Source: Acidobacteriota bacterium (GTDB lineage Bacteria; Acidobacteriota; UBA890; WLXD01). Taken from it: 64,000 bases of DNA. Position 1 is the stretch's first letter. Every line of letters begins with the position of its first letter. The stretch spans positions 4,448,001 to 4,512,000 of the forward strand of contig CBDFKD010000002.1 of NCBI GenBank assembly GCA_965248695.1. Reading direction: 5' to 3'. The notes under the pieces are model-generated. The model ran no database searches, was not told the DNA's origin, and saw only the letters and a list, made by a program, of their open reading frames with translations. Made by a program: the position numbers and the translations under genes. This document shows positions 9,488 through 21,272 of the stretch, one piece after another.

Positions 9488-9733
9488 GTGGCGGCGGTGT
9501 TTGAAGTCGGACAAGGCGATCGGTTCTGGGAAGTCCACGCCCACGATGGCATCTACCGCGTTTACGCTCAGAGCGCGAAGATCATCGGCAATCGGGGCAC
9601 TCTGCTGCTGCACACTGGCGGCAACGCCGTGGCGTTGTTCTCCTGCGAGGCATGGTCGTTCGTGTACGAAGGTGGACGTACCCGGCCACTCGGGGAGCAG
9701 CCGGAGTCACCCGCCGCGCCGCCGGCCGACTGA
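9488..9733 (+). CDS. Small hypothetical beta-rich protein
   Basis: AGGAGG just upstream of the GTG start; protein-like composition; fills an intergenic gap. Confidence 0.5.
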   Translation: MAAVFEVGQGDRFWEVHAHDGIYRVYAQSAKIIGNRGTLLLHTGGNAVALFSCEAWSFVYEGGRTRPLGEQPESPAAPPAD

Positions 9734-9824
9734 TCCAGGCGCCACGCCCCTTCACATTCGGTCGCCCTTCGCTGAGAATCGCCGGCATAAGATCGCCCAC
9801 GGTGGATTTCGCGAAGGGGGTTGG

Positions 9825-11726
9825 ATGAGATCGGAAGCGCGCCGCGCCCGCTCGTCGTGCGCGTTGGTCGCGGGGCTCGCGACGCTTGCCGCCCTCGTGC
9901 CGGCATCGCAGGAGATCGTGGTCAGATACCCCGACCCAGACATTGGTGAGCAGACGTTGGACGCCCGTGGCGCCGCGCAGCTCGCTGCCGCCGATGAACT
10001 GGGGGTCGTGCACGGATTCCGTTTCGTCGACCAGCTTCCGAACAGTGGCATCACGTTTCGCAATCGCGTAGTCGACGACGCGGCACGGACCTACAAGGCG
10101 GCGCACTACGACCACGGGACCGGGCTGGCGATCGCCGACGTCGACGGTGACGGGTTGCTCGACCTCTACTTCGTCAATCAGATCGGCGCCAACGAGCTGT
10201 GGCGAAACCTCGGATCCGGTCGGTTCGAGGACGCTACCGAGCGTGCCGGTGTGGGACGGGCCGACGTCGTCAGCGTCGGCGCTTCGTTCGCGGACATCGA
10301 CAACGACGGCGACGCCGATCTGTTCGTGACCAGCGTGCGGGGAGGTAATGCGTTGTACGAGAACCTCGGAGGTGGTGAGTTCCGCGATATCTCCGCGTCT
10401 GCCGGCGTCGACTACGTCGGCCATTCCTCCGGCGCCGTCTTCCTCGACTACGACGGCGATGGCCTGCTTGATCTGTTCGTGACCAACGTTGGCACCTATA
10501 CGAGCGACGATCGTGGCGACGGCTTCTACCGCGCGCTTGAAGATGCCTTCCAGGGACATCTATTCCCCGAGCGCAACGAGCGCAGCATCCTCTACCGCAA
10601 CCTGGGTGGCAACGTCTTCGATGACGCGTCGGCCAGGGCCGGGCTGATCGACGAGTCGTGGAGCGGCGACGCCAGCATCGTCGACTTCGACGCCGACGGT
10701 GATCCCGATGTCTACGTGCTCAACATGCAGGGCAGCGATCACTACTACGAGAACGACGGTGGCGTGTTCGCAGACCGTACCGCGGGCAGCTTTCCACGGA
10801 CTCCGTGGGGCGCCATGGGCATCAAGACGTTCGACTACGACAACGACGGTGATCTCGATCTGTTCCTGACCGACATGCATTCGGACATGAACGATGAGGT
10901 AGGGCCGGGAGGAGAGTCGGACAAACAGCGCTTCCGTTACTTCTATCAGGAGGCGTTCGCCCACATCATGGGGAACGCCGTCTATCGCAACGACGGCGGG
11001 GGAGCCTTCACGGAGGTATCGGATGCTGTCGGTCTGGAGAATTTTTGGCCGTGGGGTACCAGCGTTGGCGACGTCAACGCCGATAGCTGGGAGGACGTCT
11101 TCATCGCCACGAGCATGAACTACCCGTTCCGCTATCAGATCAACTCCCTGCGGCTCAACCGGCGGGGGGAGGATTTCGCTGCCGCGGAATTCGTGCTCGG
11201 GATCGAGCCTCGCCGTGACGGTCGGCTGCGGGCACCCTGGTTCGAGGTGGACTGTGGCGCCGCCGACCTTCCGGACACCGACCTGATCGCCGCTCACTGC
11301 ACCGACCAGGATGGGCCTGTCGGCGTTTTGGGCACGATGGGAACGCGGACGTCGGCGATCGCTGATTTGGACCAAGACGGCGATCTGGATATCGTCACTG
11401 GCGAGTTCAACTCGGAGCCACAGCTGCTCATCAGCGATCTCGCCGCGCGGTTGGAGATCAACTGGTTGCAGGTGGCGCTCGAAGGGGCAACGTCGAACCG
11501 CGACGGGCTCGGGGCCCGGGTCGCCGTTGACACGGCCGCCGGCCGCCAGACTCGCCTGCATGACGGCAAGTCGGGATACCTCTCGCAGAGCTCGATGCCG
11601 CTGTACTTTGGGCTCGGCGAATCCACGTCGGTCGATCGCGTGGTGGTCACCTGGCCGGGCGGGACGAGCCAGGTGGTCGACGGGCCGATCGCGGCCAATC
11701 AGTTGTTGCGAATCCGGCAGCGGTAG
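9825..11726 (+). CDS. CRTAC1 family FG-GAP repeat / ASPIC-UnbV protein
   Basis: Multiple DxDGDGxxDL repeats; C-terminal NRDGLGARV...SGYLSQSSMPLYFGLG...VTWPGG. Confidence 0.9.
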   Translation: MRSEARRARSSCALVAGLATLAALVPASQEIVVRYPDPDIGEQTLDARGAAQLAAADELGVVHGFRFVDQLPNSGITFRNRVVDDAARTYKAAHYDHGTGLAIADVDGDGLLDLYFVNQIGANELWRNLGSGRFEDATERAGVGRADVVSVGASFADIDNDGDADLFVTSVRGGNALYENLGGGEFRDISASAGVDYVGHSSGAVFLDYDGDGLLDLFVTNVGTYTSDDRGDGFYRALEDAFQGHLFPERNERSILYRNLGGNVFDDASARAGLIDESWSGDASIVDFDADGDPDVYVLNMQGSDHYYENDGGVFADRTAGSFPRTPWGAMGIKTFDYDNDGDLDLFLTDMHSDMNDEVGPGGESDKQRFRYFYQEAFAHIMGNAVYRNDGGGAFTEVSDAVGLENFWPWGTSVGDVNADSWEDVFIATSMNYPFRYQINSLRLNRRGEDFAAAEFVLGIEPRRDGRLRAPWFEVDCGAADLPDTDLIAAHCTDQDGPVGVLGTMGTRTSAIADLDQDGDLDIVTGEFNSEPQLLISDLAARLEINWLQVALEGATSNRDGLGARVAVDTAAGRQTRLHDGKSGYLSQSSMPLYFGLGESTSVDRVVVTWPGGTSQVVDGPIAANQLLRIRQR

Positions 11727-11733
11727 GGATCGA

Positions 11734-13137
11734 ATGTTCCGATACGCGCGTCTGACGTACCTGCGCCGCTCCGGTAATCCGCACGCCGAGGCAGGGGTCG
11801 TCGCCTGCGCGCTGAGCAGCGTGGCTGCCGTGCTCCTGACGTCGGTGGTGGCCGCTGGCTCACCAACGTTGACACAGCAGACCGAGGCGCTCGATCGAAT
11901 CCTTCGCGAGTGGGATACCAAGCTCGAGAAGATGGAGCTGCACCTGCAGAAAGCAATGCGGCGCAACGACATCGATATGTGGCTCATCATGAGCCGCGAG
12001 TTCAACCTCGACCCGATGCTCGACCTGTTCGGCGCGTACGGTGTCTCCGGTTGGTACGGGCACCGCAACGCCTACATCTTTCGCGATCCTGGCGGCGACG
12101 CGCCGCTGGAGCGCGTACTGATAGGCACTCATCAAAGCGGGCGCATGCGCGAGTTCTTCCCGCGCATCGTGCCGTACGGTGAGGAGGGACTGGAGCCCCA
12201 TCTGCGCGCCTATGTTGCCGGCGTCGACCCACAGCGAATCGCCGTCAATCGGTCGCGCACAGTGGCGATGGCCGACGGCTTGACGGCGGAGATGCTGAGT
12301 TACCTCGAGCGCTCGATCGGGTCGCCGTATGTCTCGCGTCTGGTGTCGTCACAGAATCTGATCTTCGACTACATCAGCCACCGGACCCCGGCCGAGCTGG
12401 CGATCGAGACCGAGGCGAGCTGGCGTACCTGGCACATCCTGCGGCGCGCGTTTTCCAACGAGGTGATCGTGCCGGGCACGACGCGGCTGATGGACGTGTA
12501 TGGCTGGATCGTCCAGGAATGGCAGCGGCAGGATCTGGAGTTCAACTTTCCGCCCGGGATCACCATCTACCGACATGGTGTGGAAAGTGGCATCGACGAC
12601 ACCGACAACCCGGTGATCGAACCCGGAGACCTGCTGCATGTGGACTTCGGCGTGCGCCTCATGGGGCTGGTGACCGATCAGCAGCACCTGGCGTATGTCC
12701 TGCGCTCACAGGAGACGGCGCCGCCAGCTGGTCTGCAGGAGCTGTTCCGACAGTCCGTCGTGGTGGCCGAGATCTACGCTGACGAGCTCACGCCCGGGCG
12801 ACTGGGGCACCGCGTCAAGGCGGTGGTCGAAGAGCGTGCCGAGCACGAGGGTATCGAAGCATCGGTCTACGGGCACACACAGGGCAACTGGGTACATGGT
12901 GCTGGCGCGCGCACGGTGTTCGACTGGCCCGATCGCTACGGTGACTTCGCGCGCGAGCCCGTTCGTCCGACCGAGTTCTGGTCGATCGAGTTCAGCGTCA
13001 GCGGGACGGTCCCCGAGTGGGGCGGGCAGAGGGTGCGGATCCCCCGCGAGGAGGATGCGGTGGTGCAGGCCGACAACGGCGGGGTGCGCTTCCTGGTCGG
13101 TCCGCAGACCGAGCTTTGGCTGATCAAGAGCCAGTAG
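11734..13137 (+). CDS. Secreted M24 family (Xaa-Pro) aminopeptidase-like protein
   Basis: GDLLHVDFG, TDQQHLAYVL, GHTQGNWVHGAG, SIE and EEDA pita-bread-fold metal ligands; start uncertain. Confidence 0.8.
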   Translation: MFRYARLTYLRRSGNPHAEAGVVACALSSVAAVLLTSVVAAGSPTLTQQTEALDRILREWDTKLEKMELHLQKAMRRNDIDMWLIMSREFNLDPMLDLFGAYGVSGWYGHRNAYIFRDPGGDAPLERVLIGTHQSGRMREFFPRIVPYGEEGLEPHLRAYVAGVDPQRIAVNRSRTVAMADGLTAEMLSYLERSIGSPYVSRLVSSQNLIFDYISHRTPAELAIETEASWRTWHILRRAFSNEVIVPGTTRLMDVYGWIVQEWQRQDLEFNFPPGITIYRHGVESGIDDTDNPVIEPGDLLHVDFGVRLMGLVTDQQHLAYVLRSQETAPPAGLQELFRQSVVVAEIYADELTPGRLGHRVKAVVEERAEHEGIEASVYGHTQGNWVHGAGARTVFDWPDRYGDFAREPVRPTEFWSIEFSVSGTVPEWGGQRVRIPREEDAVVQADNGGVRFLVGPQTELWLIKSQ

Positions 13138-13250
13138 CGGGGCGCTGCGCGGCTTCTCAGGCGCCGTGCCCGGTCATCGGCTCCGGCACGTCGCGCTCGG
13201 CTCGAGTGCTCGAGGGTATGCTCTTCGGCGTTGGCGCTATCCGTTCGTTC

Positions 13251-14807
13251 CTAGCCGGCTACCAGATAACCTCGCGCTCGCTCCGCATAATCGGCTACCT
13301 GCTGTCGTTCCCAGCGCTCGTCATGCCCCAGCTCGCGCGCCAGAATTGCGGCTACTTTCGGCGCTGCGTCGATGCTGGCGCGCGCGTCCAACAGCAACAT
13401 GCGGGTACGTCGCGAGAGCACGTCGGAGACCGTCCGTGCCATCTCTTCGCGTGCTGCCCACACCACCTCGCAGGCGCGATGCTCGAAGCTCGGGTGCAGC
13501 AGCGCGGCGCACTCCGGATCGGCTGCGGCGAGTTGCTCGATCGACGTGGCGTCCGAACCGTAGGGCGCCAGCCTGCCGAACCGTTCGGCATGGGCGTGGT
13601 AGCCGTGCGCGTTGATCTCGCTGGTGACACACGGACGCGTGGCCAGCCCGCCCACTAGCGCCGCCTGGTCGATGGTGTCCTGTGCCATCTTCCGGTAGGT
13701 CGTCCATTTGCCTCCGGCGATCGTAACCAGGCCGGAACGCGACACGCTGACGCTATGGTCGCGCGAGATCTCGGCGGTCGATTCATCGCTGCCGGACCGC
13801 ACCAGCGGACGCAGGCCCGCGAAGACGCTGAGCACGTCGTCCGCTTGCGGATCACGCGTCAGGTAGCGGGCGCAATGGCGCAGGAGGAAGTCCACTTCCT
13901 CGGGCAACGGGCGCGGCTCGGCTTCGATCGACTCGACCGGAGTGTCGGTCGTGCCTACCAGCACGCGCCCATGCCAGGGGATGGCGAAGAGCACGCGGCC
14001 ATCGTCGGTGTGCGGCACCATGATGGCGCTCTCACCGGGCAAGAAGTCGCTATGGAGCACGATGTGGATGCCCTGGCTGGCGCGGATCATCGGCGTGACG
14101 GCGGTGTCGTCGAGCCGGCGGATCGAGTCGGAGAAGACCCCCGTAGCGTTGATCACGGCACGCGCCCGGACCTTGTACTGGGCGCCGCTCTCGAGGTCGT
14201 CGCCGATCACGCCGTCGATCAGATCGTCGCGATGCAGTAGGCCGCTGACGCGGAAGTAATTCAGCACGGTGGCGCCCTGCTCGGCGGCGGTCTGCGCCAG
14301 GTTGATGGCCAGCCTGGCGTCGTCGAACTGCCCGTCGAAGTAGAGAACGCCGCCCCGCAGCCCGTTGGTCTCGATGGTCGGGATGCGTTCGATCGTCTGC
14401 TCCCTGGATAGAAGTCGCGATGCTCCGAAACCGAGCTTGCCCGCGAGTAGGTCGTAGACCTTGAGGCCGATGCCGTAGAACGGCGCCTCCCACCAGTCGT
14501 AGTTGGGCACCACGAATTGCAGGTCGTGGACCAGGTGCGGAGCGTTGCGACGCAACAGCCCGCGCTCGTGAAGCGCTTCCGTTACCAGGGCGATGTCGCC
14601 GCGCTGCAGGTAGCGCACGCCACCGTGGGCGAGCTTGGTGCTACGGCTCGACGTTCCCTGGGCGAAGTCAGCGCGCTCCAGGAGCAACGTACGGTAGCCG
14701 CGCGCCGCTGCGTCCAGGGCACATCCCAGGCCGGTGGCGCCGCCCCCGACTACGATGATGTCCCAGCGTGGCTCGTCGAGCCGATCCAGCATCGCGTCTC
14801 GATTCAC
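13251..14807 (-). CDS. glpD: FAD-dependent glycerol-3-phosphate dehydrogenase
   Basis: [47 protein letters not shown]; GTG start overlaps the glpK stop. Confidence 0.95.
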   Translation of the reverse strand: MNRDAMLDRLDEPRWDIIVVGGGATGLGCALDAAARGYRTLLLERADFAQGTSSRSTKLAHGGVRYLQRGDIALVTEALHERGLLRRNAPHLVHDLQFVVPNYDWWEAPFYGIGLKVYDLLAGKLGFGASRLLSREQTIERIPTIETNGLRGGVLYFDGQFDDARLAINLAQTAAEQGATVLNYFRVSGLLHRDDLIDGVIGDDLESGAQYKVRARAVINATGVFSDSIRRLDDTAVTPMIRASQGIHIVLHSDFLPGESAIMVPHTDDGRVLFAIPWHGRVLVGTTDTPVESIEAEPRPLPEEVDFLLRHCARYLTRDPQADDVLSVFAGLRPLVRSGSDESTAEISRDHSVSVSRSGLVTIAGGKWTTYRKMAQDTIDQAALVGGLATRPCVTSEINAHGYHAHAERFGRLAPYGSDATSIEQLAAADPECAALLHPSFEHRACEVVWAAREEMARTVSDVLSRRTRMLLLDARASIDAAPKVAAILARELGHDERWERQQVADYAERARGYLVAG

Positions 14808-16300
14808 GACCTCGGTCGCGCCCAGCCACGCGATCGCTGGACAGCCTCGACCCACCCGGCGCGCATGGCGGCGACGTCGTCGCGCAACGCACGCGGCTCG
14901 AACCGGGCATCGATGCCCCAGCGGCGGGCGAGCTCTTCCGTGTCGGTCCAGACGCCGGTGGCCAGGCCTGCGAGGTAGGCGGCGCCGAGCGCCGTGCACT
15001 CGAGCTGTGTGGGTCGTACCACCTGAGCGCCGATCAGGTCCGCCTGTATCTGGAGAAGCAGCGCGTTGGCCGCAGCGCCGCCGTCAACTCGGAGCTCGGG
15101 AATCTCCACTCCCGAGTCGGCGACCATCGCCTCCAACACGTCGGCAACCTGGTGGGCAATGCCTTCGAGCGTGGCCCGCGCCAGGTGGGCGGCGCTGGTG
15201 CCACGGGTGATGCCGAGCACGGCGCCACGCGCGTACGCGTCCCAGTGTGGGGCTCCCAGACCGGTAAACGCCGGGACACAGAAGACGCCACCGCTGTCAT
15301 CCACCCGGGCCGCCAGCTCCTCCACGTCGGCGGTCGAATCGATTATCCCCAGCCCGTCGCGCAGCCACTGCACTGCGGCGCCCCCGACGAACACCGCGCC
15401 CTCCAGGGCGTACGTCGGCTGACCGTCGAGGCGCCAAGCCACCGTCGTCAGCAGGCCGTTGTCGGACGCCACCGGCTTGCTCCCCGTGTTCATCAGCAGG
15501 AAGCAACCGGTACCGTACGTGTTCTTGGACATGCCCGGGCGCACGCACATCTGCCCGAAGAGGGCGGCCTGTTGATCCCCGGCGATTCCGGCCACCAGGA
15601 TGGCACCTCCGAGCAGCGCGGGCTCGGTTTCACCGTACACCTCGCTGGAGTCATGCACACTCGGCAGCACGGCGGCAGGGACTTCGAGAGCTTCGAGCAG
15701 CTCCGGGCTCCAGCATTGCTCGTGGATGTCGAACAAGAGCGTGCGCGAAGCGTTGCTGGCATCGGTGGCGTGGACCCGACCCGCGGTCAAGTTCCACAGC
15801 AACCAGGAGTCGATCGTTCCGAATGCCAGATCTCCCGATTCGGCCCGCTCACGCGCCCCTTCGACGTGGTCCAGCAACCAGGCGATCTTCGTTCCGGAGA
15901 AATACGGATCGATCTGCAGACCCGTGCGCTGGCGAAACAACTTCGCCGCCGGGCCGGCGCGGAGCTCGTCGCAGCGTTCAGCGGTACGGCGATCCTGCCA
16001 GACGATGGCGTTGTGGATGGGCTCACCGGTGCTCCGATCCCACACGACGGTGGTCTCCCGCTGATTGGTGATGCCGATCGCGGCGATGTCCTTGGCTTCC
16101 AGACCGGCCGCCATGAGGGCTTGGCGTGCCACATCCAGCTGCGTTCGCCAGATCTCGACTGCATCGTGCTCGACCCAACCCGGACACGGGAAGATCTGCT
16201 CGAATTCCTGCTGCGCCATGCCGAGGGTGGTGCCACCGCTGTCGAAGACGATCGCTCGGCTGCTCGTAGTTCCCTGATCGAGAGCGAGAACGTTGCCCAC
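14804..16300 (-). CDS. glpK: Glycerol kinase
   Basis: [48 protein letters not shown]. Confidence 0.97.
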   Translation of the reverse strand: MGNVLALDQGTTSSRAIVFDSGGTTLGMAQQEFEQIFPCPGWVEHDAVEIWRTQLDVARQALMAAGLEAKDIAAIGITNQRETTVVWDRSTGEPIHNAIVWQDRRTAERCDELRAGPAAKLFRQRTGLQIDPYFSGTKIAWLLDHVEGARERAESGDLAFGTIDSWLLWNLTAGRVHATDASNASRTLLFDIHEQCWSPELLEALEVPAAVLPSVHDSSEVYGETEPALLGGAILVAGIAGDQQAALFGQMCVRPGMSKNTYGTGCFLLMNTGSKPVASDNGLLTTVAWRLDGQPTYALEGAVFVGGAAVQWLRDGLGIIDSTADVEELAARVDDSGGVFCVPAFTGLGAPHWDAYARGAVLGITRGTSAAHLARATLEGIAHQVADVLEAMVADSGVEIPELRVDGGAAANALLLQIQADLIGAQVVRPTQLECTALGAAYLAGLATGVWTDTEELARRWGIDARFEPRALRDDVAAMRAGWVEAVQRSRGWARPRS

Positions 16301-16352
16301 CGACACCTCCGGTTCAAGGAGCGTTATTGAGGAAGTCCGTTCACGCTCGTGG

Positions 16353-18305
16353 CTACAGGCTACCGGCGAGGATCTCCTCGGACGGGTCGAGCCGATCCCA
16401 GAGACTACCGCCAACTCCGGCCAGCGCAACGACGACGGCGACGACCGGTGCCGCACCTGCGATCCCGAGCAGGGGAAACTCCCAGGCGCTCAGGGGGATC
16501 TCCCAGAACCACAGTTGGGCTAGCAGCGTGCCACCGACCACCAACACCCCCGGAAGAAGGCCGAAGAACAGGGCGATGGACAACGCCATGAACAACAGGA
16601 GGTTGTGACCGAGCTGTGATGCCGCCTGTTTCTTGTTGCGGCCGAGCGGAACCCACCCGGGGAACGTCAGTGCGGCGAGATTCTCGAGCCCGAGCGACAG
16701 CAAAGCCACCGCCAGGCTCAGAGGAAGCACGCCGAGCACGGCAAGCGGGGTCAGCAGCAATGGTGAGACGCCGAGTGATGACGCCAGCTCCGCCTTGCCG
16801 CGTAGGTTCGATATCTCGAGCGCCTCCGCCAGCTCCCTGCTGGCGCTGAAGTCGATCAGGCCTAGCTCGAGGGCGGAATCGACCCCGATCAGGAGGAGCC
16901 CCCCGAAGGCCACCCGGAGTGCGACCAGAACGAACGGCGCAGTGACCTGGGCCAGAAACATGCGCGCGCCGCGTAGCGGCCACGGACGGATCATCTCCAG
17001 TTTGAGGAGGTCGCTGCGCAGATCGTTGCGCAGGCTACGGGTCGAGAACAAAGGCGGGAAGAGCATCAGTGCCGCGCCACCGATCTGCAGCACCCCGGCC
17101 CACCGTGCCGGCAGGATCCCGCTGGGAACAGTCGCGATCAAGAGGGCGATCACCAGCGCACCGGCGGCGACGAGGAACTTGAACGGTAGGCGCTGTGCAA
17201 GCATCAGGTTCTTCCACACGATCGCGCGCTCAGGGCTGCCACGAGAGGCCAGCTTGAAGGGGCGCCATCGTCGCCGGAGCTGAGAGCTGCGCCACAGACT
17301 GGCGGATGGGTCGGCCTCGCGGCTGCGTTGTCGAGCATGCGCAAGGGCGGCCTCCTCGAAGGTCGTTTGCCCGCGCACGACCCACTCGTTGTGGGCCACC
17401 AAGAGCAACAGCGGAACGACCCACGCGGCCGCCAACTGCGCCACGCTCGATGATCCGAAACCGGCGAACACCGGAACGATAAGCAGTAGGAACGGGGTAA
17501 GCGCCCAACCCAGGAGACCGGTCCAGGCCCGGGTGGCGTGCAGAGAGACCAACTCCACCAAGCGGTCCCGGAAGTCATCGTCGACCGCCGCCGCGAAGTC
17601 CTGCGGTGGATCGATCGACCCGCCGGGGGGCGGTGACAGTACGTCGATAGCGACCGCGTTCAGGCCGGCGATCACCGAAACCCAGAGTATGAGCAGCGCC
17701 GCCCATAGCAGCAGCCGCCGACGCCAGGCGGCGGCGGGAGGCAGCTCGGAGAGGCGCGCCAGCCAGAGTCCGCGTCCCTTCGAGTGCAGATCCCAGATGG
17801 TCATGAAAATCCAGACACCGGCGAACATTCCCAGGGCCGGGGCGAGGCCACGTGGTCGCGAGAAAAAGGTGACGATCGAAACCCCGAGCAGTACGCCGGG
17901 CTGGCTCCGGAGGATCCCGTACTGGATCAGTCGTCGGCGCGGCACAGGGGCAGGGAGCAAGAGGTGGAGCTCTGATTCGCTGAACTCCAGCGCGCTCTTG
18001 CCGAAGGGAAGCAGCCACCAAACAGTGATACCCGCTGCAAGCAACAGCGCGATGCCGAGCTGTACGGCCTGACCCAGGGGTCCGGCGAGCGCCTCGAACA
18101 CCTCCGGCGGTGGTCCGAACTGAACCTCCCCGAAGAAGTCAAAGCCGACCAGAGACCCACCGAACAGACTCGAGATCCAAAACGCAGCCCACCCGCCGCC
18201 AATCAGGAATCCGATCAGGTAGCGTGGCTGACGCAGGCGGCGCAGCGCCTGAACGAGTCGGCCGCGCACAGATCGCACCAACAAGAACGCCAGCGCGCGC
18301 GTCAA
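16353..18305 (-). CDS. Putative ABC exporter permease
   Basis: Many TM helices; [13 protein letters not shown] and AIVWKNL motifs; directly downstream of an ABC ATPase. Confidence 0.75.
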   Translation of the reverse strand: MTRALAFLLVRSVRGRLVQALRRLRQPRYLIGFLIGGGWAAFWISSLFGGSLVGFDFFGEVQFGPPPEVFEALAGPLGQAVQLGIALLLAAGITVWWLLPFGKSALEFSESELHLLLPAPVPRRRLIQYGILRSQPGVLLGVSIVTFFSRPRGLAPALGMFAGVWIFMTIWDLHSKGRGLWLARLSELPPAAAWRRRLLLWAALLILWVSVIAGLNAVAIDVLSPPPGGSIDPPQDFAAAVDDDFRDRLVELVSLHATRAWTGLLGWALTPFLLLIVPVFAGFGSSSVAQLAAAWVVPLLLLVAHNEWVVRGQTTFEEAALAHARQRSREADPSASLWRSSQLRRRWRPFKLASRGSPERAIVWKNLMLAQRLPFKFLVAAGALVIALLIATVPSGILPARWAGVLQIGGAALMLFPPLFSTRSLRNDLRSDLLKLEMIRPWPLRGARMFLAQVTAPFVLVALRVAFGGLLLIGVDSALELGLIDFSASRELAEALEISNLRGKAELASSLGVSPLLLTPLAVLGVLPLSLAVALLSLGLENLAALTFPGWVPLGRNKKQAASQLGHNLLLFMALSIALFFGLLPGVLVVGGTLLAQLWFWEIPLSAWEFPLLGIAGAAPVVAVVVALAGVGGSLWDRLDPSEEILAGSL

Positions 18306-19045
18306 GGCTGCTCATCCAACCCGGTTGCACGCAGAAAGATCTCTTCCAGGTCGGCATCCCCCGACAGATCCGGGATGGCGTCGCGAATCTCCTCGAGGGT
18401 GCCGGAGACCGCCAGGCGACCGTTGCTGATGATCAGGATGCGTCCACAGATCTCTTCCACGAGGTGCAACATGTGCGATGAGACCACCACCGCTCCGCCG
18501 CCCTCCGCCGTAGCGGTGATGGTTCGTTTCGTGCGGCGCATGGCGGCAGGGTCGAGGCCGGTGAGGGGCTCATCGAGGATCAGGACCTTCGGGCTATGTA
18601 GCAGCGCGCATGACAGCAGCAGCTTTTGTTTCATGCCGCGCGACAGCTCCCCGGGGAAGGCGTAGCGGCGTTCCCACAATGCGTTGTCGCGCAGCAGCGC
18701 CTCGGCACGCTCGGCGCCGTCGGCAACTTCGTACAGCCGGGCGAACAAATCGAGGTGGTCGGCGACCGTCAGATAGTCGAACAGATGGGGCTCGTCGGGA
18801 ACGAAGGCCAGGTCACGGCGTGCATCGACAGGCGCCTCAGCCAGGTCGTGGCCGCAGATACGAATGCGCCCGGAGGTGGCGGGTACAATCCCGGCCAGGC
18901 AGCGCAACGTCGTTGTCTTGCCGGCACCGTTTGGCCCCACGAGGCCGAGGATCTCACCGCCGGTAACGGCGATCGAGAGGCCATCGACGGCACGATGTCC
19001 CTCGTAGTCCTTTACCAGCTCGTCGATTTGAATCAGAGCGTCCAC
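18302..19045 (-). CDS. ABC transporter ATP-binding protein
   Basis: GPNGAGKTT, LSRGMKQK, ILDEP, SSH. Confidence 0.95.
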   Translation of the reverse strand: MDALIQIDELVKDYEGHRAVDGLSIAVTGGEILGLVGPNGAGKTTTLRCLAGIVPATSGRIRICGHDLAEAPVDARRDLAFVPDEPHLFDYLTVADHLDLFARLYEVADGAERAEALLRDNALWERRYAFPGELSRGMKQKLLLSCALLHSPKVLILDEPLTGLDPAAMRRTKRTITATAEGGGAVVVSSHMLHLVEEICGRILIISNGRLAVSGTLEEIRDAIPDLSGDADLEEIFLRATGLDEQP

Positions 19046-19224
19046 TGGGCCATGGTACCCGCTCGGGCAGCCACATCCGACACGTTGCCCGTGGCCGGTG
19101 CCAGCCGGCGGACGAGCGGTCGTCCGCGGCGGTCGGTTGGCCGCGAACAGCGGCGGCGAGCGTGTGAATCGGCGTATCATCAGGGCTGCAACTCAGCCGT
19201 GAAGCCCACCAGGAGATCAACCGC

Positions 19225-20511
19225 ATGCCCCGAATGGTGCTGAAACGAACACCCACCGTTGCCGTTGCCCTCTGCATCAGCATGATGGCGGCGCCGGCGC
19301 TGAGTGCCGGCCCGATCCCGACACCTGCCAAGCAGGAGACCACGGCGCGTCGCATCGTGGCGATCGGCGATATCCATGGCGCCTATGACGATCTCGTTTC
19401 GGTGCTCGGTGCCAGCGGCATTATCGACGGTGACCTGAAGTGGAGCGGCGGTGACACCGTCCTGGTACAGACCGGCGACTTCATGGACCGTGGCGCTGGG
19501 GTGCGCCAGGTCATGGATTTGCTGATGCGACTGCAACACGAGGCACCGGCTGACGGAGGTGAGGTCGTCGTACTACTTGGCAATCACGAGATCATGAACC
19601 TGATCGGTGAGTTTCGGGATGCGAGCCCCGAGCAGATAGCCGAGTTCCTCGATGAAGAAGAGGACGCGGATGACGTCCTCGACAGCGCATGGGACGAGCT
19701 GCAGCGGGTCATCGAGGCGACGTCGACCGGAAGGATGTCTTCGCGCCGCCGCCGCGAGCTACGCAACAGCTGGCTGGAGAGCACGCCCGCCGATCGCATC
19801 GCCTACATCCGGGCTGTCGGACCGGACGGCTCGTACGGCGCCTGGTTGAGGACGCTGCCGCTGGCTGCGGATATTGACGGGATCGTCTTCATGCATGCGG
19901 GGGTGGCGCCGGAGATGGCTCCACGCGGCCTCGAGGCCCTCAACCAGCGGGTCGCTGCCGAGGTCGTCGCCATCGATGCCTATCGGGCCAGGCTGTTGGA
20001 GGATCGCCTGACGACGACCTTCAGTGAGCTGAGGGAGGTCCTTCGCGCCGCTGCTCAGGCCACGGGAGGCTTGGAGTGGTTCGACAACTCGAAGGCCGGC
20101 CTGCCCGAGCTGGCGCCCGCCGGCGGGAATTCACAGGATGAGCGACGAGCCTGGTACGAGGCCCTTTTTCGCATCCAGAAATGGTATGCCCTGGCCGAGC
20201 GCGGACCGTTGTGGTTTCGCGGGCTGGGGGAGTTGGCGGATCCGGACAACGCCGCGGTGCTCGAAGCGCTTCTCGGTGGGCTCGGGTCGCGCGCGATCGT
20301 CGTCGGCCACACACCTCAGATCGAAGGTATTAGCGCCCGGTTCGATGGTCGGCTATTCATGATCGACACTGGCATGCTCGCCTCGGTCTACGACGGTCGG
20401 GCGGCAGCGCTGGAGATCGATGGTGAAGCGGCGACAGCGATCTATGCGGACGGGTCCCGGGTAGAGCTCCCTGCACTGGCTGCCGCCGTCGGAAGTCCCG
20501 GCGAGCGCTGA
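19225..20511 (+). CDS. Secreted calcineurin-like metallophosphoesterase (Shewanella-like phosphatase type)
   Basis: GDIHG, GDFMDRG, GNHE, HAG, GHT and IDTG motifs; signal peptide. Confidence 0.88.
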   Translation: MPRMVLKRTPTVAVALCISMMAAPALSAGPIPTPAKQETTARRIVAIGDIHGAYDDLVSVLGASGIIDGDLKWSGGDTVLVQTGDFMDRGAGVRQVMDLLMRLQHEAPADGGEVVVLLGNHEIMNLIGEFRDASPEQIAEFLDEEEDADDVLDSAWDELQRVIEATSTGRMSSRRRRELRNSWLESTPADRIAYIRAVGPDGSYGAWLRTLPLAADIDGIVFMHAGVAPEMAPRGLEALNQRVAAEVVAIDAYRARLLEDRLTTTFSELREVLRAAAQATGGLEWFDNSKAGLPELAPAGGNSQDERRAWYEALFRIQKWYALAERGPLWFRGLGELADPDNAAVLEALLGGLGSRAIVVGHTPQIEGISARFDGRLFMIDTGMLASVYDGRAAALEIDGEAATAIYADGSRVELPALAAAVGSPGER

Positions 20512-20531
20512 TCTCGACGAGACTCGCTGCA

Positions 20532-21272
20532 ATGGACGTGAGCTGGCGGCGCCTGCTCGACGCACGGATGGATCGTGAGCTGGTCGTCTGCGCTGTCTCC
20601 GAAGGTGTGGGCACGTTCGTGCTGACGTTCTTCGGCGCGGCGGTTATCTGCACCGACGCGTACAGCGGCGGGCAGGTCGGGCTCGTGGGCATCGCGCTGG
20701 CGCACGGGCTGGTTCTGGCGGCCATCGTTAGCGCGCTCGGCCACGTGTCCGGCGGGCACGTCAACCCCGCGGTGACGATCGGGGCGCTGCTCGTACGGGC
20801 GATCGACCCACCACGGGCGCTGGTATACATCGGTGCTCAGCTAGCGGGAGCGATGGTTGCTGCGCTGATGCTGGCGGCCACCTTCGGGGCCGATGTTTGG
20901 CAGCCGGTGCACCTGGGCGCGCCAGCGCTGGGCCCTGGTGTGGAAGCCGGGACGGGTGTGTTCATCGAGATGGTGCTGACATTCGTTCTGGTACTTGTGA
21001 TCTTGCAGATGGCGGCCGATCCGCGCGCCCCTCGGTATGTGCATGGGCTGGTGATCGGGGCCACGCTAGCCGCTGCGATCCTGGTCGGGGGGCCGCTGAC
21101 CGGCGCGGCGCTCAACCCCGCGCGCGCGTTCGGGCCCGCCCTCGCGGCCGGATACTGGACCGCGCACTACGTTTACTGGGTTGGACCGATACTTGGCGGT
21201 GTCGTCGCGGCGGTGCTGTACGGCTATCTCAGCGCCGCCCGATCAACCGATGTCGGCGAGGAAAGCGATTGA
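20532..21272 (+). CDS. MIP family channel (aquaporin)
   Basis: SGGHVNPAVT and LNPARAFGP NPA boxes; YWVGPILGG. Confidence 0.93.
   Translation: MDVSWRRLLDARMDRELVVCAVSEGVGTFVLTFFGAAVICTDAYSGGQVGLVGIALAHGLVLAAIVSALGHVSGGHVNPAVTIGALLVRAIDPPRALVYIGAQLAGAMVAALMLAATFGADVWQPVHLGAPALGPGVEAGTGVFIEMVLTFVLVLVILQMAADPRAPRYVHGLVIGATLAAAILVGGPLTGAALNPARAFGPALAAGYWTAHYVYWVGPILGGVVAAVLYGYLSAARSTDVGEESD

Noticed and set aside
20532-21272. glpF assignment because glpK and glpD are nearby
   Set aside because: The second box is NPARA rather than the NPARD of glycerol facilitators, and the gene is in a different operon on the opposite strand
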